Positions 12,450-25,382 of a stretch of DNA of 64,000 nucleotides are shown here, one piece after another. This stretch comes from the human T2T-CHM13v2.0 reference genome, Homo sapiens. The stretch lies in the NCBI RefSeq assembly GCF_009914755.1, contig NC_060935.1. The stretch is one strand, 5' to 3'. Below the pieces are notes generated by a model, which saw only the letters and a program-made list of their open reading frames with translations, did not search any database and was not told the origin of the DNA. The position numbers and the translations under genes are program-made. Each line of letters opens with the position of its first letter. The stretch's first letter is position 1.

Positions 12450-12960
12450 ACATGGTCTTTCCATTTGGCCAGCATCAGAATCCCTTCCTTTACTTAGGGA
12501 ATTCCCAAGGCATAAGACAGAACCTATTTCTTGTTGTAGAAGCTAAAATTCCCTGACACTATTATACTTTACCCAGGCTGGCTTGCAAGTAAGGCAAAGG
12601 CACATGTCCTAGGCTCTACCAAATAGAGACACACACCCCAGTCTTTGAATTGAGCAATAAGGATGGAAAACTAAACAAAACAAAATACCACAAACAACTG
12701 TTGCTGGTGGCAACAATAGTAAGGATGACCAAGTCTGTAAAGTTTCAGTGGCAACCATGCCAGTGCTAGTACCCAGCACCCAGTGTCCAGCAGTATAGAC
12801 AGGGCCAGCTGCAGCATTCATGCTCTGTGGAAGCAACGATGTTGTCCCTACAAGAATAGATGGATGATGTGACTAGCCAGGGCATTTCTCCTGTCTGCAC
12901 AGCTTCAAGCTAGTTCTCCATCATTACTACTGATTCCATCCGCTTCACAGCATCCTTTCC
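12450..12960 (+). mobile_element. Ancient ERVL LTR (LTR33-like)
   Basis: cttgcaagtaaggcaaaggcacatgtcctaggctctaccaaatagagac resembles recalled LTR33 motif; boundaries approximate. Confidence 0.55.
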
Positions 12961-12964
12961 CCAC

Positions 12965-13608
12965 CACAATTTCTGATTTATTATCTGTTAGATTTGGAAA
13001 CTGATCACATGAAACTGCAAAAATATCAAGTGTCTAAAATTTTTACATAAAACATGAATTACCTCTAGTTCCAAACTCATGAATTTATTAGTGTCCCTTT
13101 CAATCAAAAATAAAAATAAATTCTTTTTAGGAAAGAAAGCAGCTGCCATATCCCATTCTCAGAACACATCATTTAATTATCTTGGTCATAAACATTTCCA
13201 AGGTGAGAATTTATATTTCCCTCCCGTAGTTTCTGATGATCAAAAACCCCTTGTGTTCTTTATTGAAAGGGTTTGGTCTTGCGGCTGTTGGTTTGTCCCA
13301 TCCAACGTTCATCATCTTCAGCTTTGCTTCTAAAGACATTTCCTCTGGTTCATTAAAAGCTGCTGCTTCTGAACACAGTTCTGGAATGATAGAACAGTCT
13401 CTAGACTTCCTTGGTCCTAATGTGATGGATATGACTAAGGCTTCCTTTGTTGTAGGACTGCCTATGGCAAATCCAAACTTAATGGTCTTTATAAACTTCG
13501 CTGGAAAGTCTCCACTTCTTCTTCAGTTGGTTGCTTCTCAGTGCTATGACCACAGTATTTTTCTCCATTCACCCTTGTTTTTATAAATTTATTTGCATCT
13601 TCTTCAAG
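12965..13608 (-). pseudogene. PCNP: Old processed pseudogene of PEST proteolytic signal-containing nuclear protein
   Basis: Minus-strand translation blocks KFGFAIGSPTTKEALVISITLG, AAAFNEPEEMSLEAKLKMMNVGWDKPTAARPNPFNK and DHQKLREGNINSHLGNVYDQDN* match PCNP (KFGFAIGSQTTKK...SHLGNVHDQDN*); frameshifts; stop 13173-13175; 3'UTR-like sequence continues to ~12965. Confidence 0.92.
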
Positions 13609-14479
13609 CTTTAGTGAAGTTGAAACAACTTAACCAACATGAGCTATTTTTACTAAGAAGATTAATGGGAACAATGGCTTCAGAAAGCATTGTTATAAGG
13701 AAGTTACCTCTGCAGTTCTCACCTCCTAATGCAACAATACTGTCCCACCATTAGAGAGTATACAACAGAAATTGAAATTGTGTGGTAAGAGAAGCACTGT
13801 GAATGAACTCTGGTCACCCCAGCTCACTGTGTTTTCTCTGGCTTCTCCTTTTTACCATCCCATCACCATTTTCCTCTCCACTTCCTCTTTATCAGCCTAA
13901 CTCTTGAATTCAGTTCTTTGCTCATATCAACCAGAGTTGGTCTCAGTGTAGCACTACAAACCCTTATTGATATGATGGAGATGATGAAAGAACTGGAACT
14001 ATACTACCAGCTTCTTACAAAAAAAATTTTACTTTCAAAAATGACTTGCTCAATATTTTTCACAGAACAAATATGTTTCCAAATTAATATGAAGCTTGAT
14101 TTCCAGCTTCATAGGAACAATCTTTCCTACTTTCAGGACCTTCTAGTGTAGTCTCCTCATTAGATCTGTGAAAACACCACTTTTCTGAAAGGACTAGCTC
14201 TATCATAAGTGTACTTTGCTTTTTAACATAAATTTATTATTTCATTATTCTAGATTTATGTGAACACAACACAGTGAACTATTTGAATGGACATTATAAT
14301 GCAATACTAAGGATACAAGTAAAACATTTAATCCACTGCCTGACATACAGTGTAGTAGTACCTACTAACTTTTAGATTTCTTATCATGAACATACATGTA
14401 AAGTGCTATGCAACTATCCTCAATGGTTGTATTAAGTTCTTAGGGGTAGAACTAAATTCTTCTCATCATTTAAGACTCA

Positions 14480-14715
14480 GAATTGTTGCCTCTTTTACCA
14501 GAAAGCCATCCCTGATCTTCTCAGGCTGGATTAGGCACCCATACTTCATATTTCTATAACCTTGTACATAGGTCTTTCTTTGCACATAACCAAAAGATAT
14601 TCCAGTTATGTATTATGTATCTGGTTTCCCCATGAGGCTGTGAACATCTTAATAGCATACAGTGCCTAGTACATAGGCAGCACTCAGTAGCATTTTGATA
14701 GATGATTGAATGCAC
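14480..14715 (+). mobile_element. L2 3' fragment
   Basis: cagtgcctagtacataggcagcactcagta...gattgaatg terminus. Confidence 0.65.
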
Positions 14716-14829
14716 TCCAGAATAGAAACAGAAGGGAGCTTATTGCATCCAGGGAGTTGCACATGGTTCCGCTGGCTGTGGCATTAATTTCAGAGAGTGC
14801 AAATGGTGTTCACCACGCATGGATGGTGA

Positions 14830-15310
14830 CATAAACCATGCAAAGGAGCTTGGGTTTTATTCTGAGGCCAGTGACTTCTTTTCCAGAAGGAAGGGATAAT
14901 GATCACATTGGTGTTTTTGAAAACTCATTCCGGGTCGCAGTACAGAGAAGAGATGAAAGGAGACAGGACTCCAGGGAGAGGCTGGAAAGTTGCTTTAGTA
15001 TCTCATTCTCAAGAAAGAAACTGGAGCCAAAATGATAAAATCAACAATGGAAAGAAATTAATTACAGAGATATTGAATAGGTAAATCTGACAGAACTTGA
15101 TGACCCATTAAATATTGAGGAATCAAGGATGTCTCTAAGTTTAAAGTTTGGGAAACTGAGCGAATAGTGCAGAGAGAAGAGAACAGGTAGCCTTAGGAGG
15201 GAAGGTTGCTATTTTAGAACCATTATGTTTGAGAGGCCTCAGGAACATGTGAGTAACCAAGTCCAGTAATTGGTTATTTAGGTTTATAGATCAAAAGACA
15301 GTGTTAGGAT
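14830..15310 (-). mobile_element. L2 fragment
   Basis: aaggagcttgggttttattctgagg...gacagaacttgatgacc...ggaatcaaggatg. Confidence 0.65.
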
Positions 15311-16858
15311 AGGGTTATCAAATTAAATTCTAAAATCTGTTCAAGTAATATACAGGCTAAAAGTTATGATACTCTGTAGAATACCAGGAAATATAAAAAA
15401 TAAGCCTACCAATAATAAAGTGTTTAAAAATTAAATAGATACTAGCTTATATGATATTAAACAAGTAGCATCAGACACAATTTTAAAATACATATGTGGG
15501 AGAAAAATCTATTATTCTACCCATCAGCTTAATTTTTTTCATGAAATCTGGGGAAAGTTCAACATTGTTTTATCTCAACAGCCACTGCATACTACATAAG
15601 TTCATATAAGACCACTATACTAAAAGTACTGGACTGCTAATATTGACAAGCCCACTTTAATTTTTTTTAAAAAAACCTTATTTCTAAAGTAAATAGATGT
15701 TAAGAGTGCCTGTCTATGTTTCCAAATGGTTGAAGGTAACATCTTACTTTATATGCACCCCAAAATCATCTTCACTAGTTTTGTTTATTTCAATGGTCAA
15801 TATTTAGTAATTTTAAAAGCATCCAACCCAACTAATAGTTTTTTTGCACTCTGGTTTCACGATTATTTCAAAAGGAAAGGATGCTAAAAATCCCTTTTCT
15901 TCCTCATAGCCACTCTTTTTGTGCCACTTATAAAAAGAACCACTATTAAGACTATATGTGAGCTGAAGGGAACATCACTATCTCATGTATAGTAGTGGAC
16001 ATATACCCTTGCCAGTCATTGAAACTTGTAAAAAGATAGGCTTCAAAAAATCTACTAAGTCATATATTTAACATGCATACAAATTACCTGGGTTGCCTGA
16101 CCAGTTCCCTTCCTTGCCCTGTATTTCATATAAATATACAGTTCTGGATGAATCATGATGCCTGAAAAGGCTCAGTAGTGAACTTGCTTCCCCACTGGCC
16201 TACAAAGAACAGTCTCCTCTCATTGTTGGTTGAGATTTGCAAAGCAATGCACTTGAAACCTAAGTAATCTTATTCTGCTGTCCTTAACTGATTGGGCCCA
16301 AGATCACAGGCCGATGCCAACGGCAAGGGCAGCCTGTTAGGGATGCATCATGACAGATGGAAAACAACCAACCCCCAAGTCAGAGCAATATATGCCCTAA
16401 AATGTAAAAGGCCAAGTCTCAAATGGAGCAAATTCAAATACAGGTAAGATTCTAACTAAGTTGCTAAAAAGTCTAACTTAGTCCAAAGCATAAACATGGA
16501 GCAGATTCTTGGGGCAAAATCAATTTCATTTGAATAGCCCAGGATATGGAAGACTCTTAACTCTACTTTCTGGTTCCAGCAACTAGTCTTTCTAATTGGA
16601 AGAGTTTGCTCTTCATATCTTTTGAAATGCAACCCACTGAGGTGCCTGCTTGTACTTGCACCTAAACTTACCCCTCTGTGTTCTTTCACTCTTAGGACAA
16701 TGTCATGCAATTAGAAAACTCTGGCCTGGAACAATTTGCATCTTCCCGGGCAAGTCTGTGTTCCCATTTCTAAGGAGAGAATTGAACTGGACGGTCTTTA
16801 TATGAGTCTATTTGATGAGGCAACAGATTCAGATCTGCTTCCTGTCTGAAGAGTGCAG

Positions 16859-17300
16859 TGTAGTAGGTAGAATATTGCCCACCCCCACAGACCCAAAGCT
16901 TGTCCACTGCCTAATTCCCCAAATCTATGAATATTTTACCATATATTGCAAAAGGGACTTGGCAAAGGCAATTAAGTTAAGGATCTTGAGATAGGGAGGT
17001 TATCCCGGACTATCTGGGTGGGCCTAATATAATCACAAGGGTCTTTGTAAGAGGGAGACAGGAGGATCAGAGTCAGAGGGGGAGATGAATCAGCATAGAT
17101 TGGTGTGGTGTGACCACAAGCCAAGGAAGCTGGCAGTCTCTAGAAACTGGAAAAGTCTAAAAATGGATTTTTCCCAGGAGCCTCTGGAAGGAAGACACCT
17201 TGATTTTAGTCCTGAAAGGCCTATTTCTGACTTCTGACCTCCAGAAATGTGCAATAATAGATTTGTGCCGGGTTAAGTCACTAAAAGTATGGTACATTTA
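16859..17300 (+). mobile_element. MLT1C/D-like MaLR LTR
   Basis: tgtagtaggtagaata...aaaagggacttggc...gacttctgacctccagaa. Confidence 0.85.
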
Positions 17301-17888
17301 GTGCAATAATCTGGGAAAAGGTGGAAAAGATTTTTGTCTGTGCAGAAAGTAAGGATCTATTTCAAAAAGATGATGCTCTAGAAAAGTAGCTGATATTTTT
17401 TGGGAGAGGCAGGAATGAGATGTTGTTCTACGTAAGCTGGCATGAAGCAGAGAAGAAAAACCAGGCAATGCTTCATACTAGCTGAGTTTTGTTAACAATG
17501 ATGGTCTCCTCTTGCAATGATACTAAATAATACTTTTAAACTTCTATAAATGTACACTTTCCATTATATTCAAAGATGATAATCAAGGATGGAACTACTC
17601 TGCGTAAGTATCACCCCATACACATACAAATGCCATATCACTAAAGGTATTATTATTCATTCTTTCTTGCATTCATTTATTCCACAAATATCTATTAAGC
17701 ACTTCTGTGCTTAATATTTCTTAATATTTCTTAATATTTCTCTTCACCTATGCTAGGTGAAGAGGAATAGAATGATAAAATAATAATAATGATAATAATT
17801 TCATTGTTCTTACAAACTAGTATGGAAGATGATTATTAAAAGCATTAGGAAAAGGAAGGAAAAGGTTTTTAGGAGCTCTCTTTCTACA

Positions 17889-17890
<2 letters not shown>

Positions 17891-17942
<52 letters not shown>
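17891..17942. repeat. Perfect (CA)26 microsatellite
   Basis: Directly visible. Confidence 0.98.
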
Positions 17943-17943
<1 letters not shown>

Positions 17944-18119
17944 TACCAAGGACGCACAACTCGGAAAGAACCAAAATTAATTTACATTTTGGTTTCATCA
18001 TTTCTAGTCTTTGATTTATGAAAAAGTGTATGTGTGCATATATTGTGTATAATACATATTATATTTCATACATAGTTACATATATATATATATATACAGT
18101 GGATAAGTATAAGTGCAGC

Positions 18120-18560
18120 TAATAGAATGAGGGATCAAATAAGGCCTCCTTAAATGTTGCTCTTTACCCATACTGAGGGTAACACTTAAGCTGAATCCTG
18201 CAAGATGAGTACAAGCTAGCAAAATAAAAGGGGGGAGAAGGAGGAAGGAGCATTCTAGATACAGAGAATAGCACAAGCGAAAGTCCCAAGACAAAGGGAA
18301 CATGGAGCCTTAAATGGAAGTAAGAGGAAATAAGAGTAGAACAGAATGACTGGAGCACAGAATGCTGAGGGCGAGAGGAGTGCAAGGAAGAGGTAGGAAA
18401 GTAATGGGTAGTGAAGGTCTCAAATAAGACAAGGTAACAATTAAGACTTAATTCCAGGGCAATGAGAAATCACAAAAGGCTCCAGCTAGAGAAGTATCAT
18501 GATCAGGTTTATGTTGTTAAAACCTGACTATGATTGCTATGTAGAGACTGGAATGCAGGC
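18120..18560 (-). mobile_element. L2 fragment
   Basis: acacttaagctgaatcctgcaagatgagta...gcattctagatacagagaatagcacaagc. Confidence 0.7.
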
Positions 18561-18664
18561 ATGTTCAGTACGTGAAGGGTAAAAAGAGAAGGTGGGTGGT
18601 GACCATCAAATTCAGGGATCCAGGGGCTTGTTATCAAGTCCCAGCTCTCCTACTAAATAATGAT

Positions 18665-18925
18665 AATGGCTATCATTTATTGAGAAGTCACTGAGTGCCA
18701 GGCACTGCTGCAATTATTTTACCTATAATAACTTATTTTCTCCTTCAGAAACTCTACAAGTCAGGAATCATTACTATCTCCATTTAAAAAAAAATAAAAA
18801 GAAAACTGAGGCACAGAGAGGTTATGTACTTTGCTCCAAATCACTTGGGTAGTCAGTTACAGAGCTGGGATTTTAAACCAGGCAGCCTCGTTTCAGACTA
18901 TCTGCTAAACCACAGTATTACACTG
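18665..18925 (-). mobile_element. MIR (MIRb-like)
   Basis: gaaaactgaggcacagagaggttatgtactttgctccaaatcac...gagctgggattttaaaccaggcag. Confidence 0.9.
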
Positions 18926-19092
18926 CCTCTCATGCTCTACTGCATACCCCAGAGAAGTCATAAAACACAGTGTTTCCCCTGCCAGGTGGAGAAAACAAGG
19001 GGGTTGAGCTGAATCAACACTTATTTCAGACCTTCTGATTCCACTACTATGATTTTGCCTGGAAAACCAAGATTCTGAAGAAGTTTTTAAAA

Positions 19093-19305
19093 ATTTTTTT
19101 AGAGACATGGTCTCACTCTGTTGCCATCCTGAAGGGCAGTGACAAAAATCATAGCTCACTGCAGCCTCGAACTCCTGGGCTTAATTGATCCTCCTGCCTC
19201 AATCTCCCAAGTAGATGGGACTACAGGTGCACACCACCATGCCCAGCTGAGTTTGTTGGTTTTTTAATATTTTTTTTAGAGATGGGCTCTTCCTACATTG
19301 CCCGG
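19093..19305 (-). mobile_element. AluJ, partial
   Basis: gagacatggtctcactctg...atcatagctcactgcagcctcgaactcctgggct. Confidence 0.9.
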
Positions 19306-20314
19306 ATTTGCAGCCTGTTCTTTACTCAGTGGGAATGTTTGGGGCCTGAGAGAAGTAACCACAGCCCCAGACTATGGCTGGACTGAGAATCCAGCCAGGA
19401 GTCCCTAGAGACACAAGTAGATATCTACACCTTATATGCTTTTCTTTCTGATTTCAAGATCTGCTATATTACACACTTCCCACCCTACCCCTATTCCCAA
19501 GACAATTGACTACACAACACAGCCATCCTCCAAGACTCCAGTCTTCACCTTGATGAAACCAACATGTACATTAATTATGGTTACTTCTGAGTTGTAGAAC
19601 CATGGTAACTTTTGTAATATCTCTCTCTCTTCATTTTCTTTTTAAATTTTTACATAAGGAACATGTGTTAGTTACTTAATTGAAAAAAAATTTTTAATGT
19701 ATTCTTAGCAGGCATCTAACATTTTTGGCACTCTGCTCAATGGTTATTTTCTGAAGACTCAATACAATAATTATATTTTTAATCTGGCTCCCCAAAGTAA
19801 CATTTAATTTACAAAAGAGTCAAACTTAAAATAGGCCAAGCTATATGTCTTATAAGTAAGAAATAAAAAAAATTACAGAATCTTAGAGCTGAAAAGCTCT
19901 CCAGCATCATGTAGTCCAGTGATCTTTAAACTGTGTGACTTTGAATCTTAGAGCTCTGCACATAAATGTCTTGGAGTTAAGGTAGAGAGCAGGGGAGATT
20001 ATATGTGTGTGGATCTAGGTCCTCCATCTCTTCTGCAATCAAAAGATCCCCCTTTTATATTGTTTGTGTATAAAAGAAGTGTTTCTTGTTCTAGGATGTA
20101 TCTGGAGTCCATTTACTTCTCTCCATCTCAATTGCCATCACTCTAATTCAAATACCATCGTCTCCATACTGGATTATCATTATAAACTTATTACTCAGTG
20201 TCTGCTTCTATACCTGTCTCTTTCTCCAATTTCATCTCATATCACTCCCACTTTAGACTTCATTTAATGTATTCAAGACATCCTTGCTTTTTATTTGTCC
20301 TCTAAATATATCTA

Positions 20315-20680
20315 TATTAGCCAAAATAGGATAAGGTATACTAAGGTAACAAACAACCTGAAAGTGTCAGTGGTTTCATAAAATGATTATTTCTTACTCA
20401 TATCAGGGTCTGATGTGCCCTCCTCTAAGAAGTGACTCAGGGATTCAGGATCTCTCCATTTGAGACATCATCACCTTCAACACAAGCATTCATGATTTCC
20501 TTGAAAAAAAGAAGATGGGGAGGGGGCTTCCCTGAGCCTAAAAAAGGAACAAAGACCATTGACCAGAGATCAGTCACAAGATCTCAACCTAACTGCAAGA
20601 AAGGCTGGCATATATTGTCTTTCAGAATGCCCAGAAAAGGAAATTGACACAATTGGTGCACAATTGATGAGAATACAGTG
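20315..20680 (-). mobile_element. Old MLT1 (K/L-like) LTR inserted in an L2 (L2 about 20090-20850, +)
   Basis: ggtaacaaacaacctgaaagtgtcagtggtttcat...tttcttactca; flanked by L2-like sequence. Confidence 0.55.
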
Positions 20681-20854
20681 TGGTCTCTATCACACCAACT
20701 CAGCTAACCAACTTGCATTTGCTGTTACCTCTATATGGAACATTCTTCCCATAGCTTTTTGCCTAACTAAATCCTTCTCATCTTTCAAATTTAAGCTCAG
20801 TTTTAATCTCCTTTAAGAGGTCTTCTCTAATCACCTTTACCAAAATAGTTCAAT

Positions 20855-21315
20855 ATAGCAGAGACTGCTAGTTATCTCTTATTATTGTTTCTCCCTTCTA
20901 GATTTGGCAAAGAGAACCTTTATGTATAGCAGAGCATGTGGTTGTGGAGCTAAAAACCTACATTTCCCATTCTTCTCTGCAGCCTGCTTTGGCCAAGTGG
21001 AAAAGTTTTGGCCAATGAGATGTAAGTGTTAGACATAAAACTTCTCGAAAGTTTCCATAAGAAAATTGAGTGCCTCGGCTTTCCTTCACCCCTTCCTCCC
21101 TTCTACTACCTGTGTGGATGGAGCCTGTATTAATCCCAGCAGCCATCTTGGACTAAGAAGCAACATTCTAAATAGGGCAGAGGATCCATTAGAGTGAACT
21201 TGTGTCTCTCGTGATTTTGTGGTGCCGCTAGAGCTGACCTGGCCTTCTAATCTCAAGATTTCTTGCATGAAAGAGAGAAATTAACTTCTATCTTGTTTGA
21301 GACACTATTATTATC
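20855..21315 (+). mobile_element. MLT1J-like LTR
   Basis: gcagagactgctagtt...ctacatttccca...tggccaatgagatgtaag...agcagccatcttggac. Confidence 0.75.
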
Positions 21316-21549
21316 TGTAAACTACTGCTTCAGTACAACCTCCTAATAATGCAGATAAGGAAACTGAGACCTTATGGTTCTGTGGCCATAAAAATGGAAG
21401 TCTGCGACACAATTAGTCTTCTGACTTCGGTTTAGTATTCTTTACACATTAACAGTCTTCGCGTGAAGATTTCAGGAAAAACAGAAAACAACCAAACACG
21501 CTGAATGACTCACATTTCTGTGAAGCACAGGCATATAAGACATATGTAA

Positions 21550-21970
21550 TCCCTGCCCTTGTCACGTCAGATGGATAAACAAATAATTTTGATACAACAT
21601 GGTAATATAATAGTAGACATTTGTACACATGCATGGTAGCACAGAAAACTGAGGGAAAGGGATTGTTTCATTCTGCCTTTCACTGTAAGAAGGCAAGAAG
21701 TAAACAGGAATTGGGCCTTGAAGGATGAGTAGGAATCTTCCAGGTATAAAGATAGAAGGTAGGGAGTGAGAGGTGTATTGCAGGCAGATGAAACCAGAGT
21801 ACAGAGGCATGAGAAAACATAGAATATTTATGGAATGATAAGAGGGGGAAGAGCAGAAAAGTGACAGAGCAGAAACATGACAGACGAGTCTAGAAATTTA
21901 GGCTACAGGCAGACTCTGAAGGTCCTTGTATGCAAACACTGGACTAGATCCCATAGGCAAGGAAAGTTCA
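21550..21970 (-). mobile_element. L2 fragment
   Basis: ttgggccttgaaggatgagtagga...cagaggcatgaga. Confidence 0.65.
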
Positions 21971-23844
21971 TAATATGAAAGTGACTCTAGTGGGTTTTTA
22001 TTGATTTTGGAGAGCTATTATTTCCCCTTCCTAAAAGATGCCTAATTTCTTTTATGACTCTTTCACAATATAAATAGTCTGATGGGACCCACTGAGGGGA
22101 TCCACTTGCCCTTTTCCCTGGAGAGCCATGTGACCCAAGCTCATCCAACCACATGCTTCTGTCTTCAACCTTGAATCTTGAGCAGAAAAACAGAGACCAC
22201 AAACAGCTGTCTCTGCAGTCATCAGCAGGTCAGGGGCTTCACCGTAACCCTCTGTCATGAGAATGTTTTGTGGCCTCCTCCATCCAACCTCAACTCAGCC
22301 AGCCCCCAGGGTGACTTGGTTCTTATCCTTTGTCCTAGAAGGAAATGTCTGTCTCCAACTCCTGTGCTTTCTGTAAGAAGCAGTTTTCCTAAACTCTCCT
22401 AGCCTTGTGTCCCACCTTTCCTTTCCTGTCACCATAGAGGTGAATTAACTGGTTGGTCGTACATTTCTGATGCAGTGGGGCTAAAGTACAGTCATCAGCA
22501 TGAAGAGTATAGTCTCTTTATTCTTCCTTCTCCATCCAGACTGGGAAAAAAGTGATAACCCACACATTCCCTCAGTTATTGTTCCAGGATGGAGTTTGGG
22601 GAGGCAGAGGTTAGCACACTAATTTTGACTCTTTCACTAATCTACATCCAGCAACCTCAACTTTTGTCAGTAAATGTTTACTGACTCTTTATCTTATTCC
22701 TCAATTGGTTCAGAGGTTAATCAGCAAAGACGGGGCTAATTCCTAGGCTTCCTAAAAGACCCCAACAACCTGTATTAGCACAGTTAACCTACAGGGCAAT
22801 CCAATTGGGAAAGCGTTATCAATGTCCCTATAAACAACCGGAAACTCTGCCCAGGCAACAGAGCCAAAGCCTGAACTCTCATTTCCTAGCTCAAGATCCT
22901 ATACTTTTTTCTTAAAAAAAGATCATCCAACTGGCTTTGTGACCCCCTCCAGTTACTATTCCAAAATTCTATTTTACAAATTCACAGGGATCAGTGATCA
23001 TTTTGTCTTTTTCAAGACAGGAAATTCATGTTTCCCATAAGGAGTGATGTAGGCCTGACCCAGATAAAACCAAGTGGGCTGTCTCTGGATCTTACTTTCC
23101 CCTAGATTCACAGAGCCAGGAGCAAATGCTGAGAAGGAAGTGTGCCTTAGCACAGGGTACATTGGATTCCTGAGTCTTCCTTAATTAAAAGGGGATTTAG
23201 GGAATTTATTTTTATCAAGATCCTCAGATGATTCAGAAAACAAATTTTTTTGAGATAAATGATCACGTTACTGGGAATAACAGGAGATATTATTAGGGGG
23301 TTCATAAATATTTAGAGAATGACAAAGAATTTAAGTGATGCAGCATACAATATTTTCCTTCCACTAAAAAATAAAAGTTCAGGCTAAGAGAATATCTTGA
23401 AAGACATCGCAACTATTTCATTCCCATCCTTGCACAAAACTATGCAGATTAGGCCCTGAGATGAGGCTATAAAAAGGAGAGCAAATCATCCAACTTTTTT
23501 TCATATTTCGTCCTGATTTTAAATGTTAAGTGAAATTCAAGTAAGTTGAACTGGAAAGCATCCTTTCAAGATCGTCTTTCTGGATTCATAGACAAACTCC
23601 CAAGAGAACACTAGCAGTTTGTATGCTCAGCCATTACAGTACCCTTATTAGTACTAGGTCTTGCTATTGTTCAGGGATTATCTGCAGTTTGCCATCTCTG
23701 TAAATCATCAAGTCATGTATTTCAGGACAGTAGCTGACTTTATAAATCATCTATTTCAACCTATGCTCTTGACCAGCAGTTAAGCACAAACTAGAGCAGT
23801 AATCACTCATTCATGGCCAACCAGCCAATTAAAGGCACAGGTAG

Positions 23845-24135
<291 letters not shown>

Positions 24136-24248
24136 CATTATATCACATGACACTTAAGGGAGGAATTAGAAGATTTTTTTTTCTCTTTTGACACTTGTAG
24201 CTCAGGGTGGAGATGAGTGAGGAAAAAAACAGTTCTTCTAATAGCTGG

Positions 24249-24645
24249 TGATATTGTTTGGATTTGTGTCCCCACCCAAATCTCATGTTGAATTGTAATC
24301 CCCAGTGTTGGAGGAGAGGCCTGGTGGGAGGTGATTTCCCTTCCTGGTGGAAGGCGACTGGATCAGAAATGCAGATTTCCCCCTTGCTGTTCTCGTGCTA
24401 GTGAGTGTATTCTTGAGGACTTGATTGTTTAACTGTGTAGCACTCCCCCTTCGCTCTCTCTTCCTCAGGCTCCAGCCATGTAAAATGTGCCTGCTTCCCC
24501 TTCTGCCATGATTGAAAGTTTTCTGAGGCCTCCCCAGCCATACTTCCTATACAGCCTGCAGAACCATGGGCCAATTGAACCTCTTTTCTTTATAAATTAC
24601 CCAGTCTCAGGAAGTTTTACAGCACTATGAGAACAGACTAATACA
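24249..24645 (+). mobile_element. MSTA/B MaLR solo LTR
   Basis: tgatattgtttggatttgtgtccccacccaaatctcatg...gaacagactaataca; TSD gctgg/gttgg. Confidence 0.93.
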
Positions 24646-24696
24646 GTTGGTAACAACATTCCTCTTGGTGGCTGCCTTTATTTGAGAAAATACCTG

Positions 24697-25128
24697 CCAT
24701 AAATAATACTGTAGACTGCCACAAATAATTCCATAAATACTACCATAGACTGCTCAGGTTGCCATAAATAACAGTTTGGCCTATCATAAATAATACCATA
24801 GACTGGGTGGCTTAAACAACAGGTATTTATTTTTTCACTGTTCTGGAGGCTTGGAAGTCTAAGAGTGCCAGTAGGGTTGAGTTCTGGTGAGGGCTCTTTC
24901 TGGCTTGAAGGTAGCCGCCTTCCCACTGTGTCCTCACACAGCAGAAAAAGAGCACACACAAATTTTCTGTTGTCTCCTCTTATAAGTGTGTTAATCCCAT
25001 GATGAGAGCCCCACTCATGATCTCATCTAGTCCTAATTATTTCCCAAAGGCCCCATCTCCAAATACCATCACACTGAGGATCAGGGCTTCAGCATTTGGA
25101 TTTGCAGGGACACAACTTAGTTCACAGT
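24697..25128 (-). mobile_element. MLT1A-like LTR with amplified terminal motif
   Basis: accatagactgggtggcttaaacaacag...ttctggaggctt...ggccccatctccaaataccatcac. Confidence 0.85.
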
Positions 25129-25208
25129 ATTAAGGCAGGTGGGAGGAAGCTGAGACTCTGAGGGCACTGGTGAGCTGAGACATCAAAATCAATCATTACT
25201 CTGTTTTA

Positions 25209-25382
<174 letters not shown>

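Noticed and set aside
13236-13586. 116-aa plus-strand ORF
   Set aside because: It is the antisense shadow of the PCNP pseudogene.
17711-17740. Small tandem duplications (ttaatatttc x3; also 41802-41829, 45937-45973, 10616-10660)
   Set aside because: Ordinary replication-slippage products with no sign of function.
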